A stretch of 64,000 bases of DNA, taken from a virus. Lineage: Duplodnaviria; Caudoviricetes. Below, piece by piece: positions 24,101 to 33,359 of the stretch. Position 1 is the first letter of the stretch; each line of letters begins with the position of its first letter. Under the pieces are notes generated by a model, which was given only the letters and a program-made list of their open reading frames with translations, was not told where the DNA came from and did no database searches. The position numbers and the translations under genes were made by a program. Where the stretch lies: IMG/VR virus record IMGVR_UViG_3300037067_021792; one strand, given 5' to 3'.

Positions 24101-27100
24101 CAGTTCAAGCTCAGCCAGATTTGGTCTTAGCGACAGGCGTAGAAAGCAGCGGTATCGTAGTTGCGCTTTACAATGATTCGGGGGAAATAATAAACGACGA
24201 TGTGGTTGTTAGTATACGTGGTCAGGTCCGAATAAAAGAAATAACAACGCGTCTTATAGACTTTCTGTCGAAGCGGGGTGCGGATCGGGCTTTGGGCGGC
24301 GATGGCACAGGCACGGCAACTATTCCTGCGGGTGACGAAATTGACTATCAACGACTAATAGATGCCCAAAATACTGTTGTAGATCCGAATAGTGATGAAT
24401 TCCAATTTAATGCTGTAAAAAACCTTGAGAACCAACTATACCTGCTTCCTGTCATTTTTACTGAACAAAACATATTGGTTTCTGGCGGTTCTGGTGGAGC
24501 CACGGTATTTCCACGATCGGAAGATCCACTCTCTGGGTTTAATAAGATGGGAGATTTTATTACCCAAATTCTTCAAAACATACCCGAAAATTCTGATGAA
24601 ACCTTTGAAGGTGGATTGACAAGGGACGAAATGGCCGCGTTAGGGGATGTCTTAAACACAATTGATACTCCGACCACAACAATTGATGCTGGATCTTTGC
24701 GGGATTTATATGATATTGAAATTATAGCAACTGTTGTAGACGATTATTACTTCGGACAAACCATAAGCGGTTTTGACCTCGAATTGCAAACGTCTATTAG
24801 TTATCGCATCGTAGATCTTTTAACTCCAGATACTACATCAGATGGCGGAGTATCTGGCATTGAAGGATCCGGTATTCCCCCAGTGGAAGCTATTCAAAAC
24901 TCGACTTGTTTTGTTTTACAGCACTTGGCACAACCAGACGTGCCATCATCAAGCACTCCTACTCCGTCAGAAGACAGCCCTAATAATACCGGAGGATATG
25001 GACAGTCGGGACAATCGCTGTGGAGTAGCAGTTTAATTCCATTAAACACCCAAAGGTTGTCTCAGCTCTACTCTCCATCTATAAAATATTATAATGTATT
25101 CGACTGGATTCCACAGATTAGGAAGTACCTATATGGAAATAATTCCAGTATATCAGATGTTTTATCTGAAATTAACCAAATTAAATACGACATTCCATTT
25201 GGTGCTAGCAACTTATATTCTGCGTTATCTTATAGTAGTGAAATTATGTCGAATGAGGACATTATTGCTCCAAAATCTATATATGTCTGTTCGGATAATG
25301 AAGAAAACACGTCATCTGTTACCCGAGACCAATCAATCGAAAGCATAAACTCAATTGATGGGAATAGAAATACACCTGTGGTTTATGTTTTATTTAGTAC
25401 AGCCAGACCACAATCGTTGTCATCAAAATTTAACCAAGTCGAGGTTGGTGATATCGAAAAGATCGTTAAAAACACCGGTGGTCAGGCTGTGGTTTTGATT
25501 TCCTCTTTGTTTCTGGATCAAATACTAAATCTAACAATTGGGGCTGCTGTTGGTGGATTGGGATACGGCATATACACTCGCACTATAGATTTTGGCGAAA
25601 TTACGGCATTCACGTCGATGATGCCGACTTATTCTCTTCCTTTAAATACTAATGGTTATATACGGTTCAGGTATAGCGAGGACGGACACAATTTTACGGA
25701 TTGGACTGAAAAATTCATAGGAAATGACATCTCTGATTTTGTCCAATTTTTTGCCCAAATAATTGAGATAGAAATTACATTGATGACCGGATTTTCTTTA
25801 GATACTTCAGAGGAATATGATACAACACCTACAGGAATTCCGCAGCTTGTAAATATTGTGTGGGATATATCAAGTGAAAAAGAAGATTATATATATTTAA
25901 ACGAAGAAAGCACTATAAGCAACATCCAGCAAATTGCCGTGGCAATGGAGGGACATGTTCCAGACAATGCTCTGATTGATATAGGAGTTGCAACGTCTGT
26001 ATCAACCAATTGGTCTGATTTTGAAAGCAAAGCAAGACCATCGGTACGAGAATATGGAAAGATAGTTCTATTAAATAGAATTAATGATGCGGCATCGATT
26101 GTCTCTGCTGAAAAACTGACAACTAAAGATCAAAAATTATATTCATCGGAGTATGGATCATGGGACCCAAATGCAAGAATAACGGTTTATGAAAAGGTAT
26201 CTGGTGGATATACTGAAATTTTATCTGGTTTCAAACTATTTCCTAGACAGGGACAAATATATTTTGACACTCGACAAAATCCTGATAAATACTTTTACGT
26301 GCAAATAATAAATGATAATACTGCCAGGGTAGGTGTTAAGATTAGAAATAGATTGCACAATGATAGTGTTACAGTATCCGGAGTGGGATATATCTATAAT
26401 ACAAATAATGTAAGACCGGCAGCACTTGCGCAGGTCGCACCGCAGGCTAATAATTTGTCTATACAGCCTGCAGAGCCGAGTGCAGTTGATGATATATTCG
26501 CGGTTTATTCATATATAGATCTGAATGGGAACGTAGAAACTGGCAGCATTATAACTTGGTATAAAAATAGCAGAGTGTTGTTGGAAATCCAAAACAAATC
26601 ATCTTGGAATAACGTCGATCTTCTTCCTTCAAATAAACTAGAGCCTAATGACAAGATATATTTTACCGTGTCCCCCAGTGACGGCATAGATTTCGGTCAG
26701 GTTTTTTATTCTCCGTCGGTATTGATAGTCCCGCAGCGCCCGTCTGTCGATGACGTTCGAATAGTCCCAATAAGAAATCAATCAACCAATGACAGATATG
26801 ATACTGGTAGTATATTCGAGTTAACATATATTTTCAGAACAGAGGATATTGGCGCTCAATCCACAGAAGACGGAACCCGAATAGAGTGGTTTGTTAATGG
26901 AGTATCATGGAAAGTCGGAACGTTCTCTGCGTCGAATCCACCCGATGAATTTGATGATAGCAATAATGCTTTGCCTGTTCCATATAAAATAATTCCTGGT
27001 GAGGTAAATAATGGAGTGTCCGCCCATATTATTGGGAACCAAATATATGTAGAAGTCACTCCTAAAAATGCATCATCCACCGGGAATGTAGTTAGAAGTT

Positions 27101-27426
27101 CTACTATTACGGTCGAGAATGCGGTCCCGATCGTTGTCAGTGCGGAAATATCTCCCAGCAATCCGACATCTCAATCTACCCTTGTTGTTGATTATACTAT
27201 AGATGATCCAGATATGAGTGTTGGAGTGCAAACAGATCAGAGTGACATCAAATGGTTTAAATCGTTAGACGGTATTGATTTCTCTGAAGCAATAGCCGTG
27301 GCAAATAAAACGTCGGTTCTTTCGGACATGATACGAACAGGAGAAAAGTGGTATTGTGAAATATATCCATTTGATGGGCTAGATACTGGCACAACCAAAA
27401 GAAGTGCGACTGTTACGATTAGATGA
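18103..27426 (+). CDS. Giant multidomain virion protein (split vWA, LamG, FN3, Ig-like, Kelch repeats)
   Basis: ORF 18067..27426, likely ATG 18103 just after the previous stop. MIDAS-like LLDQSGS; LamG (YNFSDRSGSIIFDSSGNGMHG, WTMVTFV); Kelch (IYCIGG, VYFIGG, IYISGG); C-terminal Ig-like repeats resembling those at the N-terminus of ORF 2003. Confidence 0.7.
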   Translation: MSDMNYSFEIYTFNEAITPYGTLETRSPPLEPYVLDDFTPGIHFRTGPDPITKALQLEFDNRLLTILLDQSGSLTWNDQSRDRYTYLSRFLSKLESTYPGSISTNLIGFGGSFVKTFILLSASNDTSVSSDFNQLLRTSFQNSVYDFAGIRVVRRLDRFPLHPADGAVILDGIFESVKDDDLTDGTQYYYGVWTYNKDEHFSVGQFISGTPRDRILPKGVNFATATPRVLPGVARDSYTELIYNFSDRSGSIIFDSSGNGMHGILGDEVIEENFWIGDGVDGYITSDGLKKSSGVRFDGSFDIIEVSSSVGTSYVSSRATTINLWIYKNEQTAQSWVIGTSSQSPSTNVGWAIGLDTNGGLLFHINGDIVSGFNENTGVVVPTREWTMVTFVLSTAGQMASLYINGYLTSWSTVMPVADTSSYDRIYIGAKPVDNSSVWAGVDYFGALNLISIHSTIRSAEYILQLYDQEKLVFNRTIKDSAQKLIDNKQREVLISWNTESGYDYENGYIKVLRKYNSIPFNVSDGDTVCMVSPQVGTAYYLDTYNFIHNGNYYYRVFTINAMGNPCDLQESRIMSVHIPRSDNATASLLSPVSNPSVTLGNRKLYLQWTNPLDSRWRGTKIWYSKKTFPKISKSGENTIDVSDGVLLLDTTQSGFVHKEDGKSGTNATIALQNGVSYYYTILTYDEYGRYSDPAYLVGIPSSELDSAFIPEEIKNLNLSILSPNTIVLQWNNPTIKSEQLNLWMNELAVAFISIKDAYGDDLDDISNLQVQVCTDITTRDIITTEIPLDNSNLYPGGTECIGKGCVSRGYTFDANCNTPEEDAETVVQFTTETGGIIKSIVTHIGDKSVLSRREQYTMNIRAIYKIKDPSNSENNLFEFYTDGVTVSFSHPIKMSLVNKSNSVVTVSCQSEGAHRGEEPCKCLSQQDHPTCQTKTFNGGFAGSSTPYVCRCEVQYKGESLPEGVLVNVTAWKHTDNYSLNEKSTITSIREGYYSTKPILSEEIDINGNPTGRLVSKSIVDIEVPHPSLPDWIDIYVTIDYNGLFVDAVHTIRFISVLFISAEVNPALPDGIDVSEQIATVWTVNPDYPDDVSKRLPVPNDTLVKWELVKIQFGRDRPFYSTENVPISGVYSATVNGVARNVFFGPVGNMEPHIFNKSCGKDEAPELCCLSEHYAIKASATYNGETAQDSYQFFYECEIPGGFTNKRFLINAAHNQPGQWPHWVTWADGEHLLKFQIAQDAAILDDSQMLDVENFVDCVERTVGGQSFFLPLGHIVQVYAPGEILWDVIFQEDPYTGEETIYSYESISPSLAEDLGVPFVANIPIRGAVTDFYVRLNAFVGDKSNPKPDVCQSSNESGGGNIDLLPCEWRYICDNNSYQKWVSVSPISGYTTIMVNNKSVSLQAAGNYDVGIPPVYIGWKEPLDVRIIEARANSQRINDLIVDGVTRHTFVVEATFAGLPVPDGTPVILQVIDEGQSIVRLSNCVGIPECSPSSNGIIYTRQVNDSILNPTGNKRSLAYFSIEPLEGSVQFYAKILVRCSYDKLGTVSRTIERCIEINNTINSDENPETNPTIANCPNPPCSNPQTTSVTTNELVIYDTIHQSIGTANSSQLHRMSHFVSYLDTTGGFSMYVFGGFTGGANSSTAPYERLSNDYITPTCEELNLITMEWEFITNMPTPRCSGMTASKNGIIYCIGGIERDEILSQYTVSRKIEAYNTDSGSWDSTLSSMPEEYGVAFGTAQIVGDYIYVTCGINTIINNSQPDKLNDRILRYSITKNKWDIITPNNVATCQRISPFGFYRSNDSSGYGDSNSYYVVCGSSPKGLSEIDAERSAIIDQKLSDLKSETEASLYFSKLTLDEQSEFLSNMDKQIRSETQVSPFEYFKTGFKFVPGTEFESGGTWLINIISIDDEWKIMPFPRDRGQSVYIPHQDVVYFIGGSNQNFSTTLSKVEAIDLRTNSYSVSAPLKRGKSMFGAVAIDDSIYISGGFTSGHREGFVRVSVQAQPDLVLATGVESSGIVVALYNDSGEIINDDVVVSIRGQVRIKEITTRLIDFLSKRGADRALGGDGTGTATIPAGDEIDYQRLIDAQNTVVDPNSDEFQFNAVKNLENQLYLLPVIFTEQNILVSGGSGGATVFPRSEDPLSGFNKMGDFITQILQNIPENSDETFEGGLTRDEMAALGDVLNTIDTPTTTIDAGSLRDLYDIEIIATVVDDYYFGQTISGFDLELQTSISYRIVDLLTPDTTSDGGVSGIEGSGIPPVEAIQNSTCFVLQHLAQPDVPSSSTPTPSEDSPNNTGGYGQSGQSLWSSSLIPLNTQRLSQLYSPSIKYYNVFDWIPQIRKYLYGNNSSISDVLSEINQIKYDIPFGASNLYSALSYSSEIMSNEDIIAPKSIYVCSDNEENTSSVTRDQSIESINSIDGNRNTPVVYVLFSTARPQSLSSKFNQVEVGDIEKIVKNTGGQAVVLISSLFLDQILNLTIGAAVGGLGYGIYTRTIDFGEITAFTSMMPTYSLPLNTNGYIRFRYSEDGHNFTDWTEKFIGNDISDFVQFFAQIIEIEITLMTGFSLDTSEEYDTTPTGIPQLVNIVWDISSEKEDYIYLNEESTISNIQQIAVAMEGHVPDNALIDIGVATSVSTNWSDFESKARPSVREYGKIVLLNRINDAASIVSAEKLTTKDQKLYSSEYGSWDPNARITVYEKVSGGYTEILSGFKLFPRQGQIYFDTRQNPDKYFYVQIINDNTARVGVKIRNRLHNDSVTVSGVGYIYNTNNVRPAALAQVAPQANNLSIQPAEPSAVDDIFAVYSYIDLNGNVETGSIITWYKNSRVLLEIQNKSSWNNVDLLPSNKLEPNDKIYFTVSPSDGIDFGQVFYSPSVLIVPQRPSVDDVRIVPIRNQSTNDRYDTGSIFELTYIFRTEDIGAQSTEDGTRIEWFVNGVSWKVGTFSASNPPDEFDDSNNALPVPYKIIPGEVNNGVSAHIIGNQIYVEVTPKNASSTGNVVRSSTITVENAVPIVVSAEISPSNPTSQSTLVVDYTIDDPDMSVGVQTDQSDIKWFKSLDGIDFSEAIAVANKTSVLSDMIRTGEKWYCEIYPFDGLDTGTTKRSATVTIR

Positions 27427-27435
27427 TTCTGCTCC

Positions 27436-27464
27436 TTGTATATTGGGATTGTCTTGTCTATAAT
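27436..27464 (+). promoter_or_regulatory. Sigma70-type promoter TTGTAT-N17-TATAAT, likely giving a leaderless mRNA
   Basis: Near-consensus -35/-10 with 17-nt spacer in an intergenic gap; ATG 27471 lies 6 nt after the -10 box; no SD. Confidence 0.6.
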
Positions 27465-27470
27465 ATATGA

Positions 27471-28217
27471 ATGCACCCCATAACCGACATAATTTGTTTA
27501 GTGCACAATCAACTTCCTGTGACCAAGGGATTCATCTCTCAACTATTTAAAAGTACTGAGAACTTCCGGTTAATATTTGTTGATAACGGCAGCACTGATG
27601 GAACGAATGAGTTTTTAACGTCCGGTGGCGATTGGAGTGTTATTTCCCCCGGCGAAAATCTCGGTATTATTAAAGGACGAAACCTTGGAGCACAATCTGT
27701 TCAATCTGATTATTTTCTAAACATTGATAATGACCAGTATGTCAATAAGGGGTGGCTTCAGTCTTTACACGACAAAATGAGTAAAGGGTTTGATATAGTT
27801 GGATGCGAGGCATGGAAAATGGTTCCTCCATTCAATAAAACAGATTCTGTCGTGGTGAGTGGATCGACTATAAAAGATAATCGATATTTTCCGCACAAAA
27901 GATGTGTTAATCCAAATGATAAGTGGACATATGTGGGGTGTGGGGGTATGCTCATTAAAACAGAAGTTTATATCAAAATAGGATTATTTGACGAAAGGTT
28001 CTCTCCCGCCTACTTTGAGGATCCTGATCTGAATTTCCGGGCATTTCAAGCTGGATTTAAAATCGGATGGGAACCTAAGTGTTCAATAAACCACCTAGCA
28101 CATCAGACCATTAACATCCAGAAATTGTTCTCAAAAAACCCGCAGTTTTTGCAGAGCTGGGGCCGATTTGTTGAAAAATGGGGTGACTATTTTCCGGAGT
28201 ATGCCAAAAACAAATGA
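27471..28217 (+). CDS. Glycosyltransferase family 2
   Basis: IFVDNGSTDGT, NLGIIKGRNLG, LNIDND, GLFDERFSPAYFEDPDLNFR. Confidence 0.9.
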   Translation: MHPITDIICLVHNQLPVTKGFISQLFKSTENFRLIFVDNGSTDGTNEFLTSGGDWSVISPGENLGIIKGRNLGAQSVQSDYFLNIDNDQYVNKGWLQSLHDKMSKGFDIVGCEAWKMVPPFNKTDSVVVSGSTIKDNRYFPHKRCVNPNDKWTYVGCGGMLIKTEVYIKIGLFDERFSPAYFEDPDLNFRAFQAGFKIGWEPKCSINHLAHQTINIQKLFSKNPQFLQSWGRFVEKWGDYFPEYAKNK

Positions 28218-28471
28218 AACTTGACGACAGAAAAATAACAGCCATCGGGTGGGGACCGTCCGAAAATATCCCGAATCATTATGAGTGGGTTACAGTTGGC
28301 TCCGAGACAATGGGACGCAAGGTGACCCAAATTAATTGCGCAGAGCAGTATTGCGGGGAATACAGTATTTACTGGATACAAGTATGGTCTAATGACACGT
28401 TGGTTTCGCGGTATAATGCAAGAAGCGTAGATACAATTCTATACGATGAGGATGAGGATGAAAATGAGTGA
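28214..28471 (+). CDS. Hypothetical protein
   Basis: 85 aa, ATGA overlap with the GT2 stop. Confidence 0.6.
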   Translation: MKLDDRKITAIGWGPSENIPNHYEWVTVGSETMGRKVTQINCAEQYCGEYSIYWIQVWSNDTLVSRYNARSVDTILYDEDEDENE

Positions 28472-28646
28472 GCATAGAACCAGAATAAGTATTGAAAATA
28501 ACTTGACAGAAATAAAAGAAAACAAATCAAGTCCTGCTACCCAGGATTTATTTTTAGTTGAATGTGAACTACTGTTAGATATACGTGATTTACTATATGA
28601 CATAGCAAGAAATTCTGGTATTTTAAAATGGGGAGCAAAAATATAG
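28464..28646 (+). CDS. Hypothetical protein
   Basis: Fills the gap in the operon; GAGGA SD favours ATG 28464 (ORF track start 28446). Confidence 0.5.
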   Translation: MSEHRTRISIENNLTEIKENKSSPATQDLFLVECELLLDIRDLLYDIARNSGILKWGAKI

Positions 28647-28647
28647 C

Positions 28648-29769
28648 GTGAAAATAGTTATTTGTGTAAATCATTATGCTCCGCTTTTAGGTGGATGTGA
28701 AATAGTCACTCAACATATATCGGAGTACTTGTCGCAATATCACGAGGTTTTCGTCATAACCAGACGAGTTCCTGGCATATCTCGTAATAACTCTGGTCCA
28801 GTAAAAGTTTTGGAATACATTCCAAATAATTCTGTTGGATTTGAAAAACAAATTAAATCTATTAATCCTAATGTAGTATTAGTATATAGTGATGTGTTTG
28901 ATTTTTTCAGATACTTCATTTATAATCAAAATCCTACATGGAAATTAATATTAGCTCCTTGTGGTGCAAATTTTCTGTACAATAACAGGACAATGGTTAA
29001 TAGAGTTTGTTCTGGACCTGTGATACAAAGAATTATCTGTCATTCCAAATCCGACAGAGACTATAAAATATTTAACTCAAATATAACACCAGAAAAAATG
29101 ATAATAATACCCAATGGAATTGATATTGATGAATTTGATGAAAATAAACTTTCCAGAGAAGAGATAGTACATTCTGCCAACATTGATGAGAGATTTATAA
29201 ATCTTCGATGGGTATTAAACGTGTCTAATTTCTTTCCTGGAAAGGGACATAATCATATGCCACATATTTTGTCAATGATTCCAGATCCGCATAAATTTGT
29301 TTACATTCAGGTGTGTAGTCAGATGTCTTTTCCAATCGGAGAACAAATAGAAAACGACTGGTATAAAAAAATGAAACTAACAACAGTAAATACTGTTCTT
29401 CTTAAAAATATCAGTCGTCAGATTACGGTGGGGTTGTTTAAGAATAGCAATGTTTTTGTTTTCCCGTCAGAAAAAGAGGTAGCCCCATTGGTATTACTTG
29501 AGTGTATGGCTGCTTGTCTGCCGTGGGTGTCGATGGATGTTGGGAATGCTATTGAATTAAGTGGCGGAAAATGTATTCCATCTGCGAAAAATTCGAATTA
29601 TCAGAGCATATTTAGTGAGAGAGTCTGCGGAGCGTTCTCTAATTTTATACAAAACATATGGGAATCCCCATCGATTGCCAATGATGGGAGGATGCAAGTT
29701 GAGAAAGATTTAAATTGGAAGAATATATTGCCCAGGTATAAAGATGTAGTAGAAAGTTGCTGTGCATAA
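28648..29769 (+). CDS. Glycosyltransferase family 4 (GT-B)
   Basis: GGCE N-terminal motif, IIPNGID, FVFPSEKEVAPLVLLECMA (EX7E). Confidence 0.9.
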   Translation: MKIVICVNHYAPLLGGCEIVTQHISEYLSQYHEVFVITRRVPGISRNNSGPVKVLEYIPNNSVGFEKQIKSINPNVVLVYSDVFDFFRYFIYNQNPTWKLILAPCGANFLYNNRTMVNRVCSGPVIQRIICHSKSDRDYKIFNSNITPEKMIIIPNGIDIDEFDENKLSREEIVHSANIDERFINLRWVLNVSNFFPGKGHNHMPHILSMIPDPHKFVYIQVCSQMSFPIGEQIENDWYKKMKLTTVNTVLLKNISRQITVGLFKNSNVFVFPSEKEVAPLVLLECMAACLPWVSMDVGNAIELSGGKCIPSAKNSNYQSIFSERVCGAFSNFIQNIWESPSIANDGRMQVEKDLNWKNILPRYKDVVESCCA

Positions 29770-30556
29770 ATTAAGTGTCATTGTGACTGTGTTCAATGCC
29801 AAGCCGTATCTTTGCGAAAGCTTGGATTCTTTATTTGGACAATCTTTTCAGGATTTTAACACTATCTTGGTCAACGATGGATCCACAGATGGCAGCAGAG
29901 AAATAATGATTGAATATGCAAAAAAAGACAATGTAATTATGCTAGAAAACAAGCATAATGAGGGTATTCCTGTTGCCAGAAATAGAGCATTATTAGAATC
30001 TCAATCAGAATATATTGCAATACATGATGCTGATGATGTAAGCCTTCAACATAGGCTTGAGAAGGAAGTATTGTTTTTAGACGAGCACCCCGATATTGAT
30101 GTTGTTGGAGGACATGCATTAAAAATAAATGCCGCAGGAGAACACATTGGATATATGAGCTATCCTCCGGAGTCTACATCAAAGGCATTTGTTGTAATTA
30201 GTAGGTTTAAATTAAATCCTATTATTGACCCATCGTGTGTTTATCGCAGGAGTTCGGTTCTTGTAAGAGGGGGATATTCGATGGACCCTAGTATGAGAAC
30301 TGTATTAGACTTTCACTTATGGTGCAGAATGTTGTTGTCTGGACAAAAACTGCACAACATTCAAGAGCCGCTTATAAAATATCGAATAAACCCCGATGGT
30401 GTAACCAGGAGAGAAACATCAAATATGCTGCAAGCTACTGATATTGTTTGGTCTGCTTTTGTTAGAAGACAGGGCTTCTCAGAAACACAACTGAATAGCG
30501 ACATATTCCGGCAGGATTGTTTTACGAAATTGCCGAAAAGTAAACAGGAGAATTAA
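29762..30556 (+). CDS. Glycosyltransferase family 2
   Basis: SVIVTVFN, VNDGSTDGS, ARNRAL, HDADD. Confidence 0.92.
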   Translation: MHKLSVIVTVFNAKPYLCESLDSLFGQSFQDFNTILVNDGSTDGSREIMIEYAKKDNVIMLENKHNEGIPVARNRALLESQSEYIAIHDADDVSLQHRLEKEVLFLDEHPDIDVVGGHALKINAAGEHIGYMSYPPESTSKAFVVISRFKLNPIIDPSCVYRRSSVLVRGGYSMDPSMRTVLDFHLWCRMLLSGQKLHNIQEPLIKYRINPDGVTRRETSNMLQATDIVWSAFVRRQGFSETQLNSDIFRQDCFTKLPKSKQEN

Positions 30557-31810
30557 ATGATTGAACCAAAAGATTCCGGCACAGGGTCCAAGTGGATGTC
30601 TGATGAAATGATGATGCTTTATCATCTCAAGACAGCGGGACATAAATATCAAGAGATTTCTGATATAATGTCTCAAAATTTAGCACGAAGAGAGTATAGC
30701 GCAAATCTATGCTATAAAAAATGGCAGAATACGGATTGGGTGGAGTTCCTAGAAAAATTCGGAGAGAAGGAATCCCAACTTCAGGCAATTCAGGATAGAG
30801 ACGAAGAAAAACAAAAAATAATAGAGAATACATTAGCCAATCAAGAGAAGTTAGTAAAAAGGGAACACATAAGAACCGATTTAATTATAGACGCTATTAA
30901 AAGCTCAATATGGAGATTACCCAGACCTAGACCTGTAAGCCTTGAATACAGGGAACGACTTAACCCCAAATACAGAGAAGAGCACATGGGTATTGCGTTG
31001 AGCGATATTCATATTGGAGCGTCTTATACCAAGGAAGATACGGGAGGACTATCTGAATATAATTTAGATATTTTTCGCAAGCGACTTGGTATACTTGAAG
31101 ACGCGGTGCTTGAGATTGCCGAAAGGCACAGGCATGTGTGTGACATTCCGCATTTACATGTGTTTTGTTTGGGAGATATTGTCGCTGGAATGCCTGATGC
31201 GGGCGCGTGGTCAAGTAATTATATTGACTTAGATATCTATGATCAAATGTTTGCTGGTGTATCATCTCTAAGGGATACATTAGCCAAATGGTCCCGTGCG
31301 TTTGACAGGGTTACGTTCTATGGTATATTTGGCAATCATGGCCGTATCGGTAAAAGGGGGTTGGTGAAAAATTCGACCAACTGGGATCGTATATGTTACG
31401 AATTTGTAAGAATATCTCTATCAGAGTATGACAACATTGACTGGAAAATTCCTCAGTCGTGGTGGTTAATGGAAAAGATACAAAACCATAACTTTTATTT
31501 GACACATGGCGACGGGATTAAAGGATCAATGGGAATACCATATTACGGTGTCGAAAGAGCAGAAAGAAGTATATTAGGCCTCATGCCGAGCAAGCCAGAC
31601 TATTTAATCTTGGGACATTTCCATTCGCCTGCTGAAATACAAACCAATAGCGGCAGAATTATTATGAATGGGAGTTTCATCGGCGGAGACATTTATTCGC
31701 TCAATGACCTAAAACGAAAAGATAAAGCAGAACAGAAGCTGTTTGGTATTCATGAAAAGATGGGTATTACATGGACATATAATATTCATTTAAATAAAGA
31801 GGAGCAATAA
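30557..31810 (+). CDS. N-terminal HTH plus calcineurin-like metallophosphoesterase
   Basis: SDIHIG, LGDIV, GNHGR, THGD, GHFH metal-binding motifs; N-terminal helical HTH-like segment; AGGAG SD. Confidence 0.8.
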   Translation: MIEPKDSGTGSKWMSDEMMMLYHLKTAGHKYQEISDIMSQNLARREYSANLCYKKWQNTDWVEFLEKFGEKESQLQAIQDRDEEKQKIIENTLANQEKLVKREHIRTDLIIDAIKSSIWRLPRPRPVSLEYRERLNPKYREEHMGIALSDIHIGASYTKEDTGGLSEYNLDIFRKRLGILEDAVLEIAERHRHVCDIPHLHVFCLGDIVAGMPDAGAWSSNYIDLDIYDQMFAGVSSLRDTLAKWSRAFDRVTFYGIFGNHGRIGKRGLVKNSTNWDRICYEFVRISLSEYDNIDWKIPQSWWLMEKIQNHNFYLTHGDGIKGSMGIPYYGVERAERSILGLMPSKPDYLILGHFHSPAEIQTNSGRIIMNGSFIGGDIYSLNDLKRKDKAEQKLFGIHEKMGITWTYNIHLNKEEQ

Positions 31811-32242
31811 ATGTTACCATTGTGGAAGTATTTACCAAAATGGATGACAAATATAATCAACAGCAAGTTGTGCTCTCAATGCCATCACCTCGCTAATAAA
31901 TCGGAGATTATCGCCGTAGGTGTTAGAAAAGTTAAGGATGGTATGTATTCATTTTATGTTGAGCACTGCTGCTCAAATTGTGAAAAAAGGGTGATTACCT
32001 GTTTTTCAAAAGAAAAGCAGGGTAGCCCAGAGGATCTTTGTTATCTTTTGATTGAAAATCTTCAACAGTATAGAAAGTCAGAAAAATCCAAGCAAATAGA
32101 TAAGGGCAAGAACAAGAGCCCGATTGGAGACGATGAGGTTGACGATTTCCTTAAATTTTTATACAATAACGACGACTACCAGGAGTTTATGAATTTCATT
32201 GGAGCACAGGACATACCCAACGAGGATATAGATGAAACTTAG
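31811..32242 (+). CDS. Hypothetical zinc-ribbon protein
   Basis: CSQC...CSNC; GAGGAG SD. Confidence 0.65.
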   Translation: MLPLWKYLPKWMTNIINSKLCSQCHHLANKSEIIAVGVRKVKDGMYSFYVEHCCSNCEKRVITCFSKEKQGSPEDLCYLLIENLQQYRKSEKSKQIDKGKNKSPIGDDEVDDFLKFLYNNDDYQEFMNFIGAQDIPNEDIDET

Positions 32243-33359
32243 TGATATACAGTTTGCAAAGTATTTTTTATCACCGATGCTACCCAGCGAAGAGTTGTGT
32301 AATGTGTTAGATAAAAAAATTGATATACAAAGCGGAGAGACAGACTCTGTTGTAGTTAGAGATGGTTCTATTTCTTATTGTAGCCCATCTTCGATTACAA
32401 TGTTTTTGTTTACTCTTCTTTATAATATTCTCTCCCCTCGGGCAATAAATGGAACAACCAGGGATATGCTCGGATTGGGATTGTTGCAAATGTGTCATGA
32501 GTATATCTATAACGACGGCAAATTAAAGGCAGATCGTCCTCCGGTGGTAGTCAGCATGGACAAACTACCCATTCCGTCAATTATAATCAGAGAAATTGTT
32601 GAGCCAATAGTTGGTAAAATAAATGTTTGTCAAATATTGTTTTCTCCTTGTAATTTTACCGATGCTGCTCGTATAATTGATTCGTCTAGCCAACTGAGTA
32701 GCGAATACGACAATTATAGGTTAAGGAGAGACTTATTCCCAGTTATTTTAGTTAATGATAAAATTGACAATCACGCTGCAGTTCAATCTCATTTGTTCAA
32801 AAAAATTATGGATTGCTCATTTGGGTCAGAAAAATCCAACGGGATGATCAGAAGTATTCTATTGAATGACAGCATAATGTCTCATCTAATATCTATTCTA
32901 AAAATGCTTAATGGAGATCCTGGTTTTATAGTGGATTTTATGGAGTATTTAGAGAGTAATATAGATATCCAGTCAGAAGATTTATCGAGCATATCAGATG
33001 TAAAATTTAATATTTTTTCATCTGATGATTACCTTAGAAAATATGTTAAGGTCGCGGACCAAACAGGTCAGTCTATTCAGATAAACAAGCAATGGTCGCA
33101 GTGGTCGATGTTAATGGGACTAATTGAAAAACAACTGGAGCCGATGAGAGGATCTATGTGGCCGGCATCTGAGAATATAAAACCACATGAAGATAAATTA
33201 AGGGCCATAATTAAAGAGAGGTCTGACCAAAAAGGAAAGAACCAGGCGAATTTTGAGGAAATGCTTCAATGTGCCAGGGACACGTATAATCATAATGCAG
33301 TCGAACCTGGACATCTAATTGAGATGATGTTGAAGGAGAATAGAGTATGGAAGCAGTAA
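32232..33359 (+). CDS. Hypothetical protein
   Basis: 375-aa ORF with GAGGA SD, overlapping neighbours; no motif recognised. Confidence 0.7.
   Translation: MKLSDIQFAKYFLSPMLPSEELCNVLDKKIDIQSGETDSVVVRDGSISYCSPSSITMFLFTLLYNILSPRAINGTTRDMLGLGLLQMCHEYIYNDGKLKADRPPVVVSMDKLPIPSIIIREIVEPIVGKINVCQILFSPCNFTDAARIIDSSSQLSSEYDNYRLRRDLFPVILVNDKIDNHAAVQSHLFKKIMDCSFGSEKSNGMIRSILLNDSIMSHLISILKMLNGDPGFIVDFMEYLESNIDIQSEDLSSISDVKFNIFSSDDYLRKYVKVADQTGQSIQINKQWSQWSMLMGLIEKQLEPMRGSMWPASENIKPHEDKLRAIIKERSDQKGKNQANFEEMLQCARDTYNHNAVEPGHLIEMMLKENRVWKQ

Noticed and set aside
2003-27426. Diversity-generating retroelement targeting the tail proteins
   Set aside because: No reverse transcriptase and no TR/VR near-duplicate visible; Ig-like repeats are similar only at the protein level.
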